A stretch of DNA of 63,742 nucleotides, the filler included, from Collodictyon triciliatum (lineage: Eukaryota): assembly GCA_043381765.1 (NCBI GenBank). It is 5 parts of 5 records of this genome, joined end to end, with 100 filler letters (N's around TTAATTAATTAA, not from the genome) between each part and the next. Parts side by side here need not be neighbours in the genome. Positions count along the whole stretch, not along the records: positions 1 to 14,777 come from JBHJMP010001776.1; 4 more parts are not named here. One strand, 5' to 3'. The position numbers and the translations under genes were made by a program. Positions 1-13,529 of this stretch are shown here, piece by piece; the stretch's first letter is position 1; each line of letters begins with the position of its first letter. The notes under the pieces were generated by a model. It worked only from the letters and a program-made list of their open reading frames with translations. It made no database searches and was not told where the DNA came from.

Positions 1-153
1 AAATAAAAAACAAATAAAAAACAAATAAAAAACAAATAAAAAACAAATAAAAAACAAATAAAAAACAAATAAAAAACAAATAAAAAACAAATAAAAACAA
101 ATAAAAAACAAATAAAAACAAATAAAAAACAAATAAAAAACAAATAAAAAAAA
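1..153. repeat. Tandem 10-11-mer repeat (AAAAA[A]CAAAT)n
   Basis: About 14 near-perfect copies visible at the window start. Confidence 0.9.
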
Positions 154-160
154 CTACAGA

Positions 161-2648
161 ATGAAGCCCATAAACTCATGTAATATATTAAGTGATTAAA
201 CTAATTGATGAACAACGCAACCAACACCAGCACATGAGCGAGATTTCCGAAGATCTCCAAAGTATAGGTCTTACATCATCATTTCATTAGAAAAATACAA
301 ATATATTGCAGGATAATGCTTCACACTATCATTAAATGTCTAGTTTTTCACCTGTCAAACTTTGTTAGGAGAAAGCATCCACGAGGACATCTCTGAAACG
401 CCTGGGTTTACCTCAGGCACACGCTACTCAACAACATTTGAAGAAGACGAAGAAACAACAGAAGAAAGCTTCATCACACATTCCGTCACATCTTCTTCAT
501 CGGCCAGAACATTATCCAGAAACACTTCATCAAAGACAAGCTCGTCCTCCTCTATTCAGACTGCACAGAAAAGCATACGCAGGCAACATTTTTCTGCATC
601 CAATACTTCTGCGAATGGCTATGAAGAGACTTTCGATTCATTAACCAATACGAGTGGGCTCACTTCCTACTCTTCATCTCTTCAGTCTAAAAAATCATCA
701 TCAAATTCCTTCTCCTCTGCGAATACATCATCAAAATCCCTATCGAGAACTTCTTCGTCTGTGAAGTCCACCAAACACCATTCCAATAACCCAAACACAA
801 AAAGCAGTTCTTTGAGCGATGAAAACGCGCCAAGTTATGCCCCAAGCACATGTTTCCACCTCAAAACACCCCAACAGCAAACACCCACTCATGCGAGTTG
901 GAGTCGCTTACTTGATGAGTCTCTTCGTGTGCGGACCTTGGGAGATGCGTCTGTGAGACGACCAAGTTCAAATATTTTCAGCAATCAACTTCTTTCACAA
1001 GAGGAGATTGCGCACAGATACCAGTGGTTACAGGCGTCAAAGAAGGAAGCAGACAAAGAAACATCAAATGTAAGAGTCTACTTTCTCTTCTTTTTTTCTC
1101 TTTTTTTGGGGGCAGATGCAATTGTCTTCTGCTGTCTTTTAACATGGAATGTAGTTGAATTTCTTACAAAATAAAAAGACCCATTGTTGAAAAGGCACAA
1201 GAGATGCGTGAGGGAGATAACAGCCGAGTTTATGTATTTTCTGTATAGTCCCATACGGAGAGACACGTAGAGTACGTCTCCTTGGATGATGAAGATGGAG
1301 TGCAGGAGCTTTATTTGATGGAGCCAAGGACTCATCCGAGGGGTTATAAAATACCAACACCACCAGGAATCACTTATGACCGAGACGAGGTATTCCAAGC
1401 TTCCATTATTTTATGAGTCTCTTATCATTTTTTCATCTTGTGGTATGTGCATCACCCGAGCACTCGGAACCGATTTTTTTTCTTATTTAACATAAGCATT
1501 CCTTCTATTAATTGTTGAAGAGCAATATCATATACATATTTATTCGATTTGCCCGAATATTTATTTGGGTTAAATGATTCATTTATCAAAGCAAACCTGC
1601 GGTCCCAGAGAGGAATCTGATGTTTTGACGGACTCGTCTGCAGTTTCTTCTGAAGTGCGGCACCAAACAAACATTTTATACGACCGGCTGCAGGAGGCTA
1701 TTGCACAGGACTGCAGGGACTCTGAACGCTTCAAAAAACAGGTTTGCGTGGTTATGGGAATAATTCCGATGTTTCAACAGTTTGCTCTCTCTCTATCTTA
1801 TATGATTATTTTGGTATTTTACGTACCCATACAGAAACTCTTTTTTTTTTTTTTAAAAAAAAAAAAAAGAGAAAAATAAAGAAAAGAATATTATGTTCTT
1901 TGTGAACTCTGTTCCAAACAAAAATAGATGAGCCAACAACAAATTCTCGAGGACGATGCGAGGCAATATATTCCTATTCAATCCCCAAAATCTGAAAATG
2001 TTGAGTTATCGGACGAATACATAGCCGATGTTGTTTTAGAACTATCCCGGACCAGAAATAAGGAAATAACATATTCGGTGGTGTTTTCATTCATCCGTAT
2101 TTGAAAACCTTCCTATATCACAAGCGCACGTTTTCTAGCTCTTCTTGGTGCGAGGAAGAAAACTCTCATATATACTTTTCTATCAATCCAAAAAATATTT
2201 TTATAATTTCATGAAATGTCCTGCAATCCTCTCAATCTGATTTACCGATTCAAGACGACTTCGAACCAAAAAGGAGGATACGCGACTAATTATCAGTACA
2301 GATCGACTCAATGTATACAATCGTCTATACTAAGCCAATATGACGGATTCTTTGATAAAGATGAGATTCAGCAACTTATTGAACAGCAGGTTAAGCTCTC
2401 AAAATTCATGGAGCAGATTATGAAATATCTCATCGCTTACACATTATTATATACAATTCTTTTAAACTCTGCAATTTGTATTCATCAAGAAATCGTAATG
2501 GAAGTGTGAATTGATCGAGTCGGTAGATTTATACATAACAATCAATAATGATAAAAAAAAAAAAAAGGTTGCCCGATTGCTGGCAAGACCCCAAATTCGA
2601 CAGGCAATTCAAGAGACTGCATACAGGAGGCTTAACCAGTTTGAATGA
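161..2648 (+). CDS. Multi-exon Ser/Thr-rich low-complexity protein of unknown function; start codon uncertain
   Basis: Long Ser-rich exon ~370-1069, further GT-AG-bounded coding-like segments (~1195-1390, 1592-1741, 1929-2077, 2300-2388) and a last exon VARLLARPQIRQAIQETAYRRLNQFE* ending at TGA 2646-2648. Confidence 0.6.
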
Positions 2649-2813
2649 TGATAATAATAAAAAACAATGCAATTTAAAATATTTTTTTTGTCAAATTACA
2701 GCGTGATTGTATCTTTTGATAAAGAATTGGCGAGCGAAAAATAAAGAAAATAGATTTTTTTTCTTGCTCTCATACTCTGTACAAAATAGAAATACTATAA
2801 ATCCAGGACTGTC

Positions 2814-4431
2814 CTAGTAAATTACTCTCTGTGACTGGAAATGAGCGAAAAGACCCTCAGATTCCATCTTGGAAACAACACTGACCAGAGAAGGAAGACT
2901 TCTATTTGATGCGTTTTTTTTTTGGCAGATGAAAAGAAGGAATAAGGGTTGTTTAGTTGTTTTTTTTTCCAAAAAATAAAAAGGACAAAAAGTCATAAAA
3001 AGATATGATAAAAATTCCAAAATGACACACACACACAAAAAAAAAAAACCTCTCCTCGGAGGTTGCAGGGAAGTCGGGAAATAACCGATTCATCTCAAAA
3101 ACAGCGAGAGCTTTTTCAAACTTGAGGTCAAACTCTGAAGCCAATAGATAATATCTGTTTAATAGAGCGTTATTTGACGGCATTAATGGAAGTGTTGTCG
3201 TCTTAGTGATATATGTTCATGGAAAATCATAAAATCGCCAATTATTTCCACAAAATAGAACAGCAAAGACAAATCATAACCACACCTGAAGACGTGAAAA
3301 GTCTGATTTCTTAATTATTATCATTTTAAAAAATTAATAGAATTTGACCTTTTTTTTTTTTTTTAAAAAAAAAAAGAAACTAAAACCATACTGCATAAAT
3401 CGCCTTCTCGATTTTTCAGGCTTTCCTTTAATCCAGCTGATATATGACCGAAATCGACCATGCAAAACACGGGCGAGTAGGAACACTTTCCCATACGACT
3501 TCAAATGGCCGATAACAGCAGCGACCATTCCCCATAATTCCATTGTCGATATTGCAGGATTTCCCACATTTTCTGTGTGGCAAAGGCCTTCTTCTTCAGC
3601 ACTCGCAACTGTTGACAACTCGCTACCAAAGCAATTCATTTCTGCCAATTCTAGTCCAGTATTCAACACAATATTCTGATTTGCTATGATACGATGGTTC
3701 GCTACGGACACAATCCGAGTGTTGCGACCAGACAGTAGTGATTTGCGTTTTTGCTTCATGGCTTCGCCGACTCTGTCTGTTCTCTTGTACAATTCCCGCA
3801 GAAAATAACACAATAAAACAGCGTGGACTGAAGTCACGTAAATGACCACGGGGTCGAAGTCAACTAACATGGATACTGCCTGAATTTGGAGAAAGTCAGC
3901 GAGCTTGTACACTAATTCGAATTCAACACCAAAATAGATAGTACAATGGTAATCATACGATGTCATGAAAATATAATGGCAAAATTACATCTTTGGCCAA
4001 GTTAAAGTCATTCTGGAAGATAGCAAGTAGAGCAAGTGTTGTGAGTTGGTCGAGGGCCTGAGCTTTATCTTCCAAAGACCTTAAAAACCCTTGATTCGAT
4101 AAGAGTCTAGAGAGCAGAACATTCATTTAAAAATAATATAATCATCATCCTAGCATACTGAGCGACACTTGCGTTAGCATGTATAAATCGAAAAAAAGAA
4201 AGGAAAACTGCATTAGATCACTTTTTAGTTATGGCGGGCTTAGACCCGACACGATATCGCAAATGCATAATTGCGAGAAGTCCATAAGCCCAGCATCGAC
4301 ATTGTGCATCATCTCTGATAACAGAGATTTGAAGGATGCGGTTCACATATGATATTGCTTGTACAGCACCGCCACGGACAGTGCAGATGAAGGACAAAGT
4401 CATAGCTATTTCAGCCTTTTTTTTTAAAAAA

Positions 4432-4466
<35 letters not shown>

Positions 4467-7400
4467 AGGTGATTAAATAACGATGATTGGTAACTCATCT
4501 AATAAAACGAGTCAGGAAAGCAAATAAATCCTACAATAAAAAATTTCATAAAAATGGAAAAGAGTAAATACATAAAAAGATGCGTCGTCGAAAATTCAAC
4601 ACTATTTTGTTCCTGTGATACTTAAATTCTTTTTTTTTTTTTGTATATCAAATTGTGATATGTTGCCTGCAATCTAAAGTCGTTCAGTTTGACAGCGTAG
4701 TCCATGCCGATAAGCAGATACGATGAGGAGGATTCCAAGTCGCCCATAGCAGCAAGAGCAAGACCAACACTTCTCAAGCCTGCAGGAATCCCAAAGCGTA
4801 CACTGGATTCAAAGAATACAAGGAAATTTGCTCAGCACAGCCAATTATTATTAGTGGTATATGGATTCAGAAATATATTAAAAGGGATTGCAATTTATTC
4901 TCCTGATATGATTTCCATAATAATGAATATATTAATTTACCATCGTTTACTGTGGTGGTGGGAAAGCAACTGATTTACTACTCGGATATATTTTCTATGT
5001 AATTGAAGGCCATTGATTCTTAAGATTTCGACTATTTTAAATTAGCATATAAAGATGAAAATGAAGAAAAGATGAAAAGAAAAAATGAAGAAAAAAGAAA
5101 ATGAAGAAAAAAAATGAAGAAAAAAGAAAATGAAGAAAAAAGAAAAAGAAGAAAAGAAGAAAAGAAGAAGAAAAAGAAGAAGAAAAAGAAGAAAAAGAAG
5201 AAGAAAAAGAAGAAGAAAAAGAAGAAGAAAAAGAAGAAAAAGAACCTCGAAGTCGAGATTTGCCCTTTCAACGCAGACACCAGAGCCACATTCCCGTAGG
5301 CCTTGAAAAGAATAGGACCAGGCGCTGCTTTTTCAGCAAAAACTAGCATCTTTAAAAAATAGTATACCACTCGCGGTTGGTCGCCGTTCCAAAAGGATGA
5401 TAGAGCCAATCTTTCAAAAGCAGAGGCCAAGAAATAGTTTTTCTCTTTGCCTTCGATTTGAACCCATGCATTCTTCAAAACACTGCTGACTTGGGCCTCA
5501 GCGCCCTGGTCAATATCATCTAATATGTGCGGGCCTCCCTCGGTATCAATCAGATCGGTTCTCAGGTGAGGAAGTTGGGGAGACTTCACTGCCCGTTCCA
5601 TCTCTTCATTTCTCGTGCTGCAACACACGCAAAAGTACTGAAACAATTCTTTGCTTGAGTCAATTATGTTGTTTAACAATAATTCGTATCCAGACTCAAT
5701 CACCACATAGTCCATTCCCTTGACAACTCGCTCAAAATAGCTTGTGAATAAGGATATTTATATGAGAAAATTAAACGCAATACTACTAATAATTACGAAT
5801 CAATGAAGCCGAATTTGAACATAAAAAGCTCACATCACAAGGTGTGGTTATCATACCCATTAAAAGTGACATACAATATTCAATAAACTTACACTGCGGA
5901 ATCAAATCCCAGTCCGATGAGAAATAAGGACTCCCCAAACATGTAGTCCCATTTGACTTTAATTTGATTAGGTATAGAAACTGAAAGTCGCTCAGCAAAG
6001 GCGTTCGCTTCGTTAATATTCTAATTTTTGTTTTTGAAAGGTCAGCTCTCCCTCCCCCTCTCTGTCTCAAAAAAAAAAAAAAAAGGATACGAATATGAAT
6101 TTTTTTGATTCAATGATTTTTTTCGAGACATATAAATTACCCTAATAACCTCTCGGCAACTACATGTTTTCAAGGCTTCAAATGCGGCCATATGGAAAAA
6201 TTCTAAAGGAGTTTTTATTTTGAATTACGGTCAAATAGATGAGATATGTCGATTCCCTCTTGGACTTACGAGGATAATTGAAAAAAGTACAGATGTCAAA
6301 AAAAGCAAAAAAGTGGAAATTTCCTTGTAGACAAACCAATAGACCGATCTATATTCTCGGCCTTGGAGTAATGATGGGCTAGCTTAGATGCATGTGGCGC
6401 GAGGTTCTCTTTGTACTTTGTTTCCAGAAGTTGGGCAAATTTTCTATGAACTTTCTTTCTCTGTGCAAACAATAACAATCCGTCTATACCAAAAAATTAA
6501 AATTAAATCACAAAAAAAAAACTTGAAAGAATACAAAAAACACATTCTCTTTTTCTTATTTCATGTTTCTGTATGAATGATAAAAAAAAAAAAATTAATA
6601 AAATCGATACATACACGCTACTTCCTGAATCATATTCATCCGAAATGAGTACACTCCTGGTCTGTTCACCGAGGTAGACAGCAATCTTGCATTTATGCAG
6701 TTCAGTATATTTTGGTATATCCCTTCCTTTTCGCTCGTGTTTGGATACACCGATTCCAAGTCCTCAACATCAAATGAGTTTCCAAGAACACTATGAAGAA
6801 AAAGCGGAGGGAAACATCCTTTGTTGAACTTCAAACTCTTAAAAGAATAAAGTCGATGAACTATATTTGTAGAACCTGGCCACTTTTAGCACTGTTGAAG
6901 CTGTTCCAGGAAGTTGGTCGATTCTCTGAATTATCTAAAGCAATAAATATGGTTTGATTAGCTGAACTTCCAAATTAAAGTATAAGGCTATATGCTCGCT
7001 ATGCACATATACATAATATAATAGTAATTTAGCTTCTTAGACAAACTCTGCTTGGTTTGAGATTCAATTTCAGAATTTTCATATTACAAAGTGGCATACC
7101 ATTCCTTCGATGTTATCAGGCAGTGACAAGTTTTTGACATTCAATTGGGCTGGAAGGAAACATGCCCGGTTTTCAATTACCACAGTTCGATTGAAAGTCA
7201 GAGAATAGCATAACTCTATCACATTATGTAAGCCAACGGAATTTTTAAAAGTATGAATAGTAGCTTGAAATTTCGAAATATACGATGAATAGTAATGAAA
7301 ACATATCGCAAAGATCAAGAACGGATAAAGTGCAACCATGAACGAACAAGGGATTTCCGTTGGTACGCTCATAGATCATGCTTTCGAGTTCCGGTGGAAT

Positions 7401-8853
7401 AGATTCTACAGATAAGCAGTCTTTTGCCAACATAATCGTTCCTTCTCTGTTGAGATAGCCGAGGTTTAACACTGTGGATATGGACTGCCTTTCTGTGAGC
7501 TGAATGTATTCAGCAGGGCAGCTTCCCAAATCGAATGGATGTCCAGTCAATAAGACAACAGTTTGGGACGAAAATCGAACGACATCAAGAAGAAATCCCC
7601 ATGACAAGGAGTCCATCCTGTTCCATATAATTTTAAACAAGTCTTGAGTCGAATCCAAAATTACATTAATGCAATGAAATGAAAATGAAAATAAAAATAA
7701 AATAATCTGAAAGTTGTAAGTCAGCTCAAAATAGGGATATTTTAATTCTTACCACTGAGCATCTTCTAACACAATCAGTCTGGGATATGCGTGAGTTCTT
7801 AAGGTCAATAAATGGCGAAGCATTAAGCGCAAAACATCAAACTTGTTTTTGAAGTCTATCTTATTCAATGTGTCTTGGCTGTTTTGAACCCCAAAAAACT
7901 CCTCAATGACACTGCTGGGGTTATCCAGATTAGCTATATCCATATCTATTGGTTGGGAGTAGGAAGCCTCATCATTCACCTTAAACTCGGTTGTCGGAGA
8001 CTGTAAAAGAGCCCCCAATGTCTGCCGAATAAAAATCAGCGTTAGTATCTGATAGAGGTCAGGAGATGGCCTCGCGCAGGGCATCAACCTTTTCAGTGAT
8101 TGTGAAAATGAAGAAAAATTCAAATATCAAGAAAAAAAGAAGAAGAAAAAAAGAAAAAGAAGTGACCTTATCCCTATCCGCAGATGCCATAATAGTTTTT
8201 AGGTCTATAAGTTGATCAAAAATTGACCTCCATATGAAAAAAGGAACCAGACAGTCCAGCGGGTTTGTGGAGCTAGTCACCACTGAGAAATTCAAGGACA
8301 TGGCACGCTTAATCAAATCGGCCACTATGACGGATTTCCCCATTCCCGGTTCGCCATGGAGAAAAACAACCTTTTTACATGTTAGGACGCGTTAAATGCT
8401 TGGTAATCCCATCATTTTTTTTTAATGAGAAACATAATTCCATTCTATTGTTTGTACAGTATTGTTCCACCTTGCAGCCGCGAGACTCTGTTGAAGGTCT
8501 TGGTGTAAAGCTAACAAAAAAAGAAAAGAAAAAGAAGCATAATTAGAAATTCAAGTAATTCAAATAATCGTAAACTTTTATCTTTCCTCTCCAAGAGACA
8601 ACTAAAAAAAAAAAACTGCGGAAAAATCACTTTGTGGAAGGCGTTGCCTTTATACTCTCAATAACATTTTGGAAGCAAAGTATTTCTTGCTCTCTTCCAT
8701 ATACTTTAACGGTTCTATTGCGGCTGTAACTAGACGAACGTCTCCCCACTATGCGCTCCAAGGCAGATGGAGATAATGAGCTTGCTGGATCGCTTTCTTG
8801 TGTGTTCATTTCTGCCATAGTTGGTTGGAAGACGTCTATTGGATTTGGCTTCC
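2814..8853 (-). CDS. Soluble adenylyl/guanylyl cyclase-like (ADCY10/sGC-type) STAND NTPase with helical C-terminus; 5' part lost in the N gap
   Basis: Spliced motifs: (K)GKPNPIDVFQP (class III cyclase C-terminal motif) next to the gap, VYGREQE, Walker A HGEPGMGKS (~8334-8360), PFFIWRSIF, Walker B LIVLEDAQW|MDSLSW, ERTNGNPLFV, IDQLP..LKVA|SVLG, YSFRMNMIQEVA, HRKFAQ, LAHHYSKAEN. Stop TAG at 2814-2816. Confidence 0.8.
5043..5243. repeat. Intronic purine-rich (AAG/AAAAAG)n microsatellite
   Basis: Directly visible; it produces the poly-F and poly-K ORF artefacts. Confidence 0.9.
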
Positions 8854-8892
8854 CTACATCGTCGAGTTAGTAATGATGTATTATCTTCCATT

Positions 8893-9341
8893 NNNNNNNN
8901 NNNNNNNNNNNNNNNNNNNNNNNNNNNNNNNNNNNNNNNNNNNNNNNNNNNNNNNNNNNNNNNNNNNNNNNNNNNNNNNNNNNNNNNNNNNNNNNNNNNN
9001 NNNNNNNNNNNNNNNNNNNNNNNNNNNNNNNNNNNNNNNNNNNNNNNNNNNNNNNNNNNNNNNNNNNNNNNNNNNNNNNNNNNNNNNNNNNNNNNNNNNN
9101 NNNNNNNNNNNNNNNNNNNNNNNNNNNNNNNNNNNNNNNNNNNNNNNNNNNNNNNNNNNNNNNNNNNNNNNNNNNNNNNNNNNNNNNNNNNNNNNNNNNN
9201 NNNNNNNNNNNNNNNNNNNNNNNNNNNNNNNNNNNNNNNNNNNNNNNNNNNNNNNNNNNNNNNNNNNNNNNNNNNNNNNNNNNNNNNNNNNNNNNNNNNN
9301 NNNNNNNNNNNNNNNNNNNNNNNNNNNNNNNNNNNNNNNNN
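8893..9341. other. Intra-scaffold assembly gap (449 N)
   Basis: N run without the TTAATTAATTAA spacer. Confidence 0.95.
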
Positions 9342-9416
9342 AAAAACAAAAAAAAAAAACTAAAATAGCACCCTAGACGTTGGCACCGGTGGAAAGTTTT
9401 TTGAAGTAATACGTAC

Positions 9417-12400
9417 GATTGTTTTTGACTGAGTAGGTGTAGCATATGGCAGCCATGAAATGCACCCAATATTCTTTCGGTTTCAACTCACACAAACGGG
9501 AATACAGTTTCTGACCCTTGAGGAAATTCTTCGGTTCTGTCTGTGTTCAAGAAATAAGTCAAATGAATAAATCAGATGGATTTTCTATGGAGATATATTC
9601 CATCTTCTATCAAATTAAAAATATGAATCTTTGTCATACCTGAACAGCTTCCTCGGCTTGTTTTGTTAGCTCGATGATTTCCATTTGAGACGTTACACGT
9701 GCTTCGACCTTTTTGGGCGATTGAAGCGTATTTTTAATGGGTAATAAACATATTTTGTTGACGTTTTGAATTTAATAAAAGGGGAAAGTATTTTGCTGGC
9801 CTAATTTATTTACTTTTAAAAAATAAAAATGAATTTTCATAGCCATTTTTCCTGGCACAGACCTCAGGGTCTGGGCTGAGAGCCTGGAGCTCATTTAAAT
9901 ACATCTTGCATTCCTTCTTTGATTTTCCAAGCGCAAATAGTGCTTTCACTGCCAGTTCTGTTGTTGTGTAAACGCACTCTTTCTATGAAATTAAAAGCTC
10001 ACTAAAACGACATCGCACATATGTTTTCTTGATTTTCATTTAAGATGGAAACGGAACGTGCCTGACTCAAACATAATATTCATGTATTAATTTAATTATT
10101 TTCTTTATACACCTGCCACTTTCGCATTCCATCATCCTCATTCAAAGGTAATGATGTTACAGCCCTCGCCTGCAGCGAAACAAAACAAAATAAAATAAAA
10201 ATAAAAAGGATACAAGAATATAAGCGAGGTAAAGAGTAATTTGAGACATGTTTCAGTCAATATTATGCATAGTACCAATTAAAATGAAAAAAAAGTTTAA
10301 AATAAAAGAGAAAATCAGCTATAGATATGTTGTAGAGAAAATTTTTAAAAGAAATAAGAGACAGTGAACTTATATATACAAATATTAATAATTAAAAAAA
10401 TATTGATATGCGCAAGAAATAAACGAACCAAAGAAGGTATTTCGGCGTATTTTTTTTGCTTGTCTAGGTTTTCCGCCAGTCCTTTGTACGCTGCATATGG
10501 TTTATGATTCAAATCGAATATTTTTAAAAAATTGAGATAAAAACATAACACAAAATACAAACAAAAACCAATTAAAATGAAGAAAAGAAAAATAAAAATA
10601 AAAATAAAACACTAATAAACATGATGGTTAGCTGAAACCTAAAATCAATGAATGAAAGAAATAAGAAAAAAGTTCAGTATTCACAGTCAAAGTAGATGCG
10701 TTGCATACCGGCTGGCATAGGAAGAAGCTGGATTGTCCTCCTGAAATGCGACTCTCCTATAGGCCACAATTGGGCTGCTGGTGTCCACGTATGAGCCTCT
10801 CCAGCTCTTAATGAAAATATTGGGTCTTCTGGCCTCAAACCCGACAGTCTAGAGTAAATTGCTTGGCATGAGACCCAATCGCGTTCATTAAATGCCTTTT
10901 CTCCTGTTTCAGTTAAAGTGGCAACTTCTCGGTCAATTTGAGGGTTTGAATATGTGAATGTCACAGCACGAGTGGCATTGGATGGGTTAGACTGCAGCGG
11001 TTGGTGATAATCGATTACACCTGCGGAAATGGTTTATTTATTTATTTTTATTGCTAGTTGATATTTAATCACCGAGACAGTACTATTTAAGAGGAAATGG
11101 TTTTTTTTTATTCTTCCTTTCAATTTTGTGCAGGATGGTGAAGATGTTGGCATTTAAGAGGAAATGGTATATAAGTAATTAACAGACGGTTGTGAATGAG
11201 CAAGATAGCGCGTATACTGAATATAAATAATGAGGAACAGTTCAAATTAAAAAAAAATAACTTACTGTTATGCGGCTTTTTGGGAACTACACTTTGTTCG
11301 CTTCTTGGATTGTCACATGCTGCACAAACCATCGTGTTAGCTTGGTTATCGAGAGTACAGAACTTGCAACTCCATATTCCCGATGGCACTTGAGTGTCTG
11401 TTCTATCCAAGAGCGCATGCAGGCCTTTCCAATCAATCCAAGCATTCAACATTCCTTCAGGTCGGAATTGGCCGGGACTGAATTCCAAGGATATAATATC
11501 ATTTATAAAAGAATAAAAGAAATAACAATGAAAATAACGATGAAAATACAATTAGCGAAAGATGTAAAATAAATGAAAAATCAATAGTTATGAGTAAACC
11601 ATCATTTTTCACTCAATATTCTTAAGAATGAATAGTAGAGACCTGTGGTTCATACTGTGAACCCTAAAGTAGACTGCATAGCGGATATTGGGGGATATAT
11701 TAGGGAGAATGGTGTGTGGTAGCATGTAATGGCATATAACTATATCTCCTGCTTTCCCTAAGACTTGATGGACAGGAGGAAGAGGGATATTTTTGGGAAG
11801 TCGTCTATAATAACATAGGATTAATCAATCATCATCGGTTTAAAGAAGAAAGAGGTAGCAGTGAAAAGCTATGAAGGAAAAGCTTCAAACAACATCGATT
11901 CTAAGCAATCAGTTGTTTCATATGACAAAGAAAATTGAAGCTCAGTTCGCTCCAGTTTTGTTGTGTGCACAACATGAAAATTTTTCATTTTATTTGTATA
12001 TGAATAGAGAACAAACTCCACTCCAGGCTGTTCGTGGAGCAGAAGTTTTTCGAAGCCATTCGCTCTCACGTGGTCCTGTATCATGATATGACCCCCCGGA
12101 AAAACACCAAGGTTTCCGCTCATTTGGTCTGGAATGTCTTGAAGGATAACACCAACAAGAGCAGTAAAGTTGTGAATTGTTCCAGGATGGGGCTGCAAAT
12201 ATTTAGTAGTTTTTTTGGATGGTAGTACTCACAAATGAGGTGTTTATATTTTTCCTTTATTCGATTCAAAGTCACAAAGAAAGTGGTTATATATTTACAA
12301 AAATTCAGAAATAAAGGACATGCAAATTGAAAGCGATGGCTAAATATAAATTCTCGGCAATAAGGTCATTTTCATGAATAATAAGGACTCACGTATTTCT

Positions 12401-13390
12401 TTGTCGATAAGCCGTCTATGTGCCATCCACGATTCCACCATGGATTTGGAGTGAATGTGACTTTATCAGCACATCCGATTCCAGGAAATCTACATATTTT
12501 GTGCATATAAAGTCTTTGAGTTGTCACATACAAAACAAATACAGCAATTCGCTCAATTCCTAATATCAACAATCAACACTTTTGAATGATTTTAATTAAA
12601 ACATAAAGATAAAGATAAAGATAAAGATAAAGATAAAGATAAAGATAAAGATAGAGATAGAGATAGAGGTAGAGATAAAGATAGAGATAGAGAAAGAGAA
12701 AGAGAAAGAGAAAGAGATAGAGATAGAGATAGAGATAGAGATAGAGATAGAGATAGAGATAGAGATAGAGATAGAGATAGAGATAGAGATAGAGATAGAG
12801 ATAGAGATAGAGATAGAGATAGAGATAGAGATANNNNNNNNNNNNNNNNNNNNNNNNNNNNNNNNNNAGAGATAGAGATAGAGATAGAGATAGAGATAGA
12901 GATAGAGATAGAGATAGAGATAGAGATAGAGATAGAGATAGAGATAGAGATAGAGATAGAGATAGAGATAGAGATAGATAAACTTAGGAAACCTCAATGG
13001 CAGTTTAAAAAATATTCAGTCTGTCAAAAAAAGCATGCAAAAAAAAAATGCAAGACATTGTTCAAAAACAAACCTGAGCGCGATTTGTCCGCCCCAGACC
13101 GGATGGTACTCACCCATAAACGCACGCAAGATTGGTGCTGCGTCACTCTGGACAATCAAGTTTCGAATGACGGGTTGATGCGAAAGCTCCTTGAAGCAGG
13201 CACCGTCGACAAAGTCTTCGGCCTCGGCAGGCGTCATGATGCCCTTTCCCATCTCTGCGTTGATTGCTCTCAGTGCTGCATCGACCAAGGGCTTCGGAAC
13301 AACCTTAGGTAGGACACAATATCCCTCACGAATGAGCTGTCCTTTCACCGCGTCTGTCACACGTGGATGACTCGGGGCGTCCACACTCAT
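9417..13390 (-). CDS. PhyH-like Fe(II)/2-oxoglutarate dioxygenase + RanBP2/NZF zinc finger + TPR-like repeats; 3' end uncertain near the gap
   Basis: Exon 1 REGYCVLPKVVP...GGQIALR|FPG; GWHIDG (HxD); LVGVILQD...GNLGVFPGGH; GKAGDIVICHYMLPH...NISPNIRYAVYFR (distal His and 2OG-binding Arg); WSCKFCTLDNQANTMVCAAC (W-x-C-x2-C-x3-N-x6-C-x2-C); then helical TPR-like exons at 9417-11020. Confidence 0.8.
12600..12980. repeat. Intronic hexamer microsatellite (AGAGAT/AAAGAT)n with a small internal N gap
   Basis: Directly visible in intron 1 of the dioxygenase gene. Confidence 0.95.
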
Positions 13391-13529
13391 CACGGTCGCT
13401 CTCGCTGCGCAAACAAAGGGGACGGAAACACACGTGCGTGAAAAATCATTTCAATCTGCTTCTCTGTGTGTGTGTGTGTGTGCGGTCTGATCTCTGCCAA
13501 GCACGGCACGAATATACATTTAACCGAAG

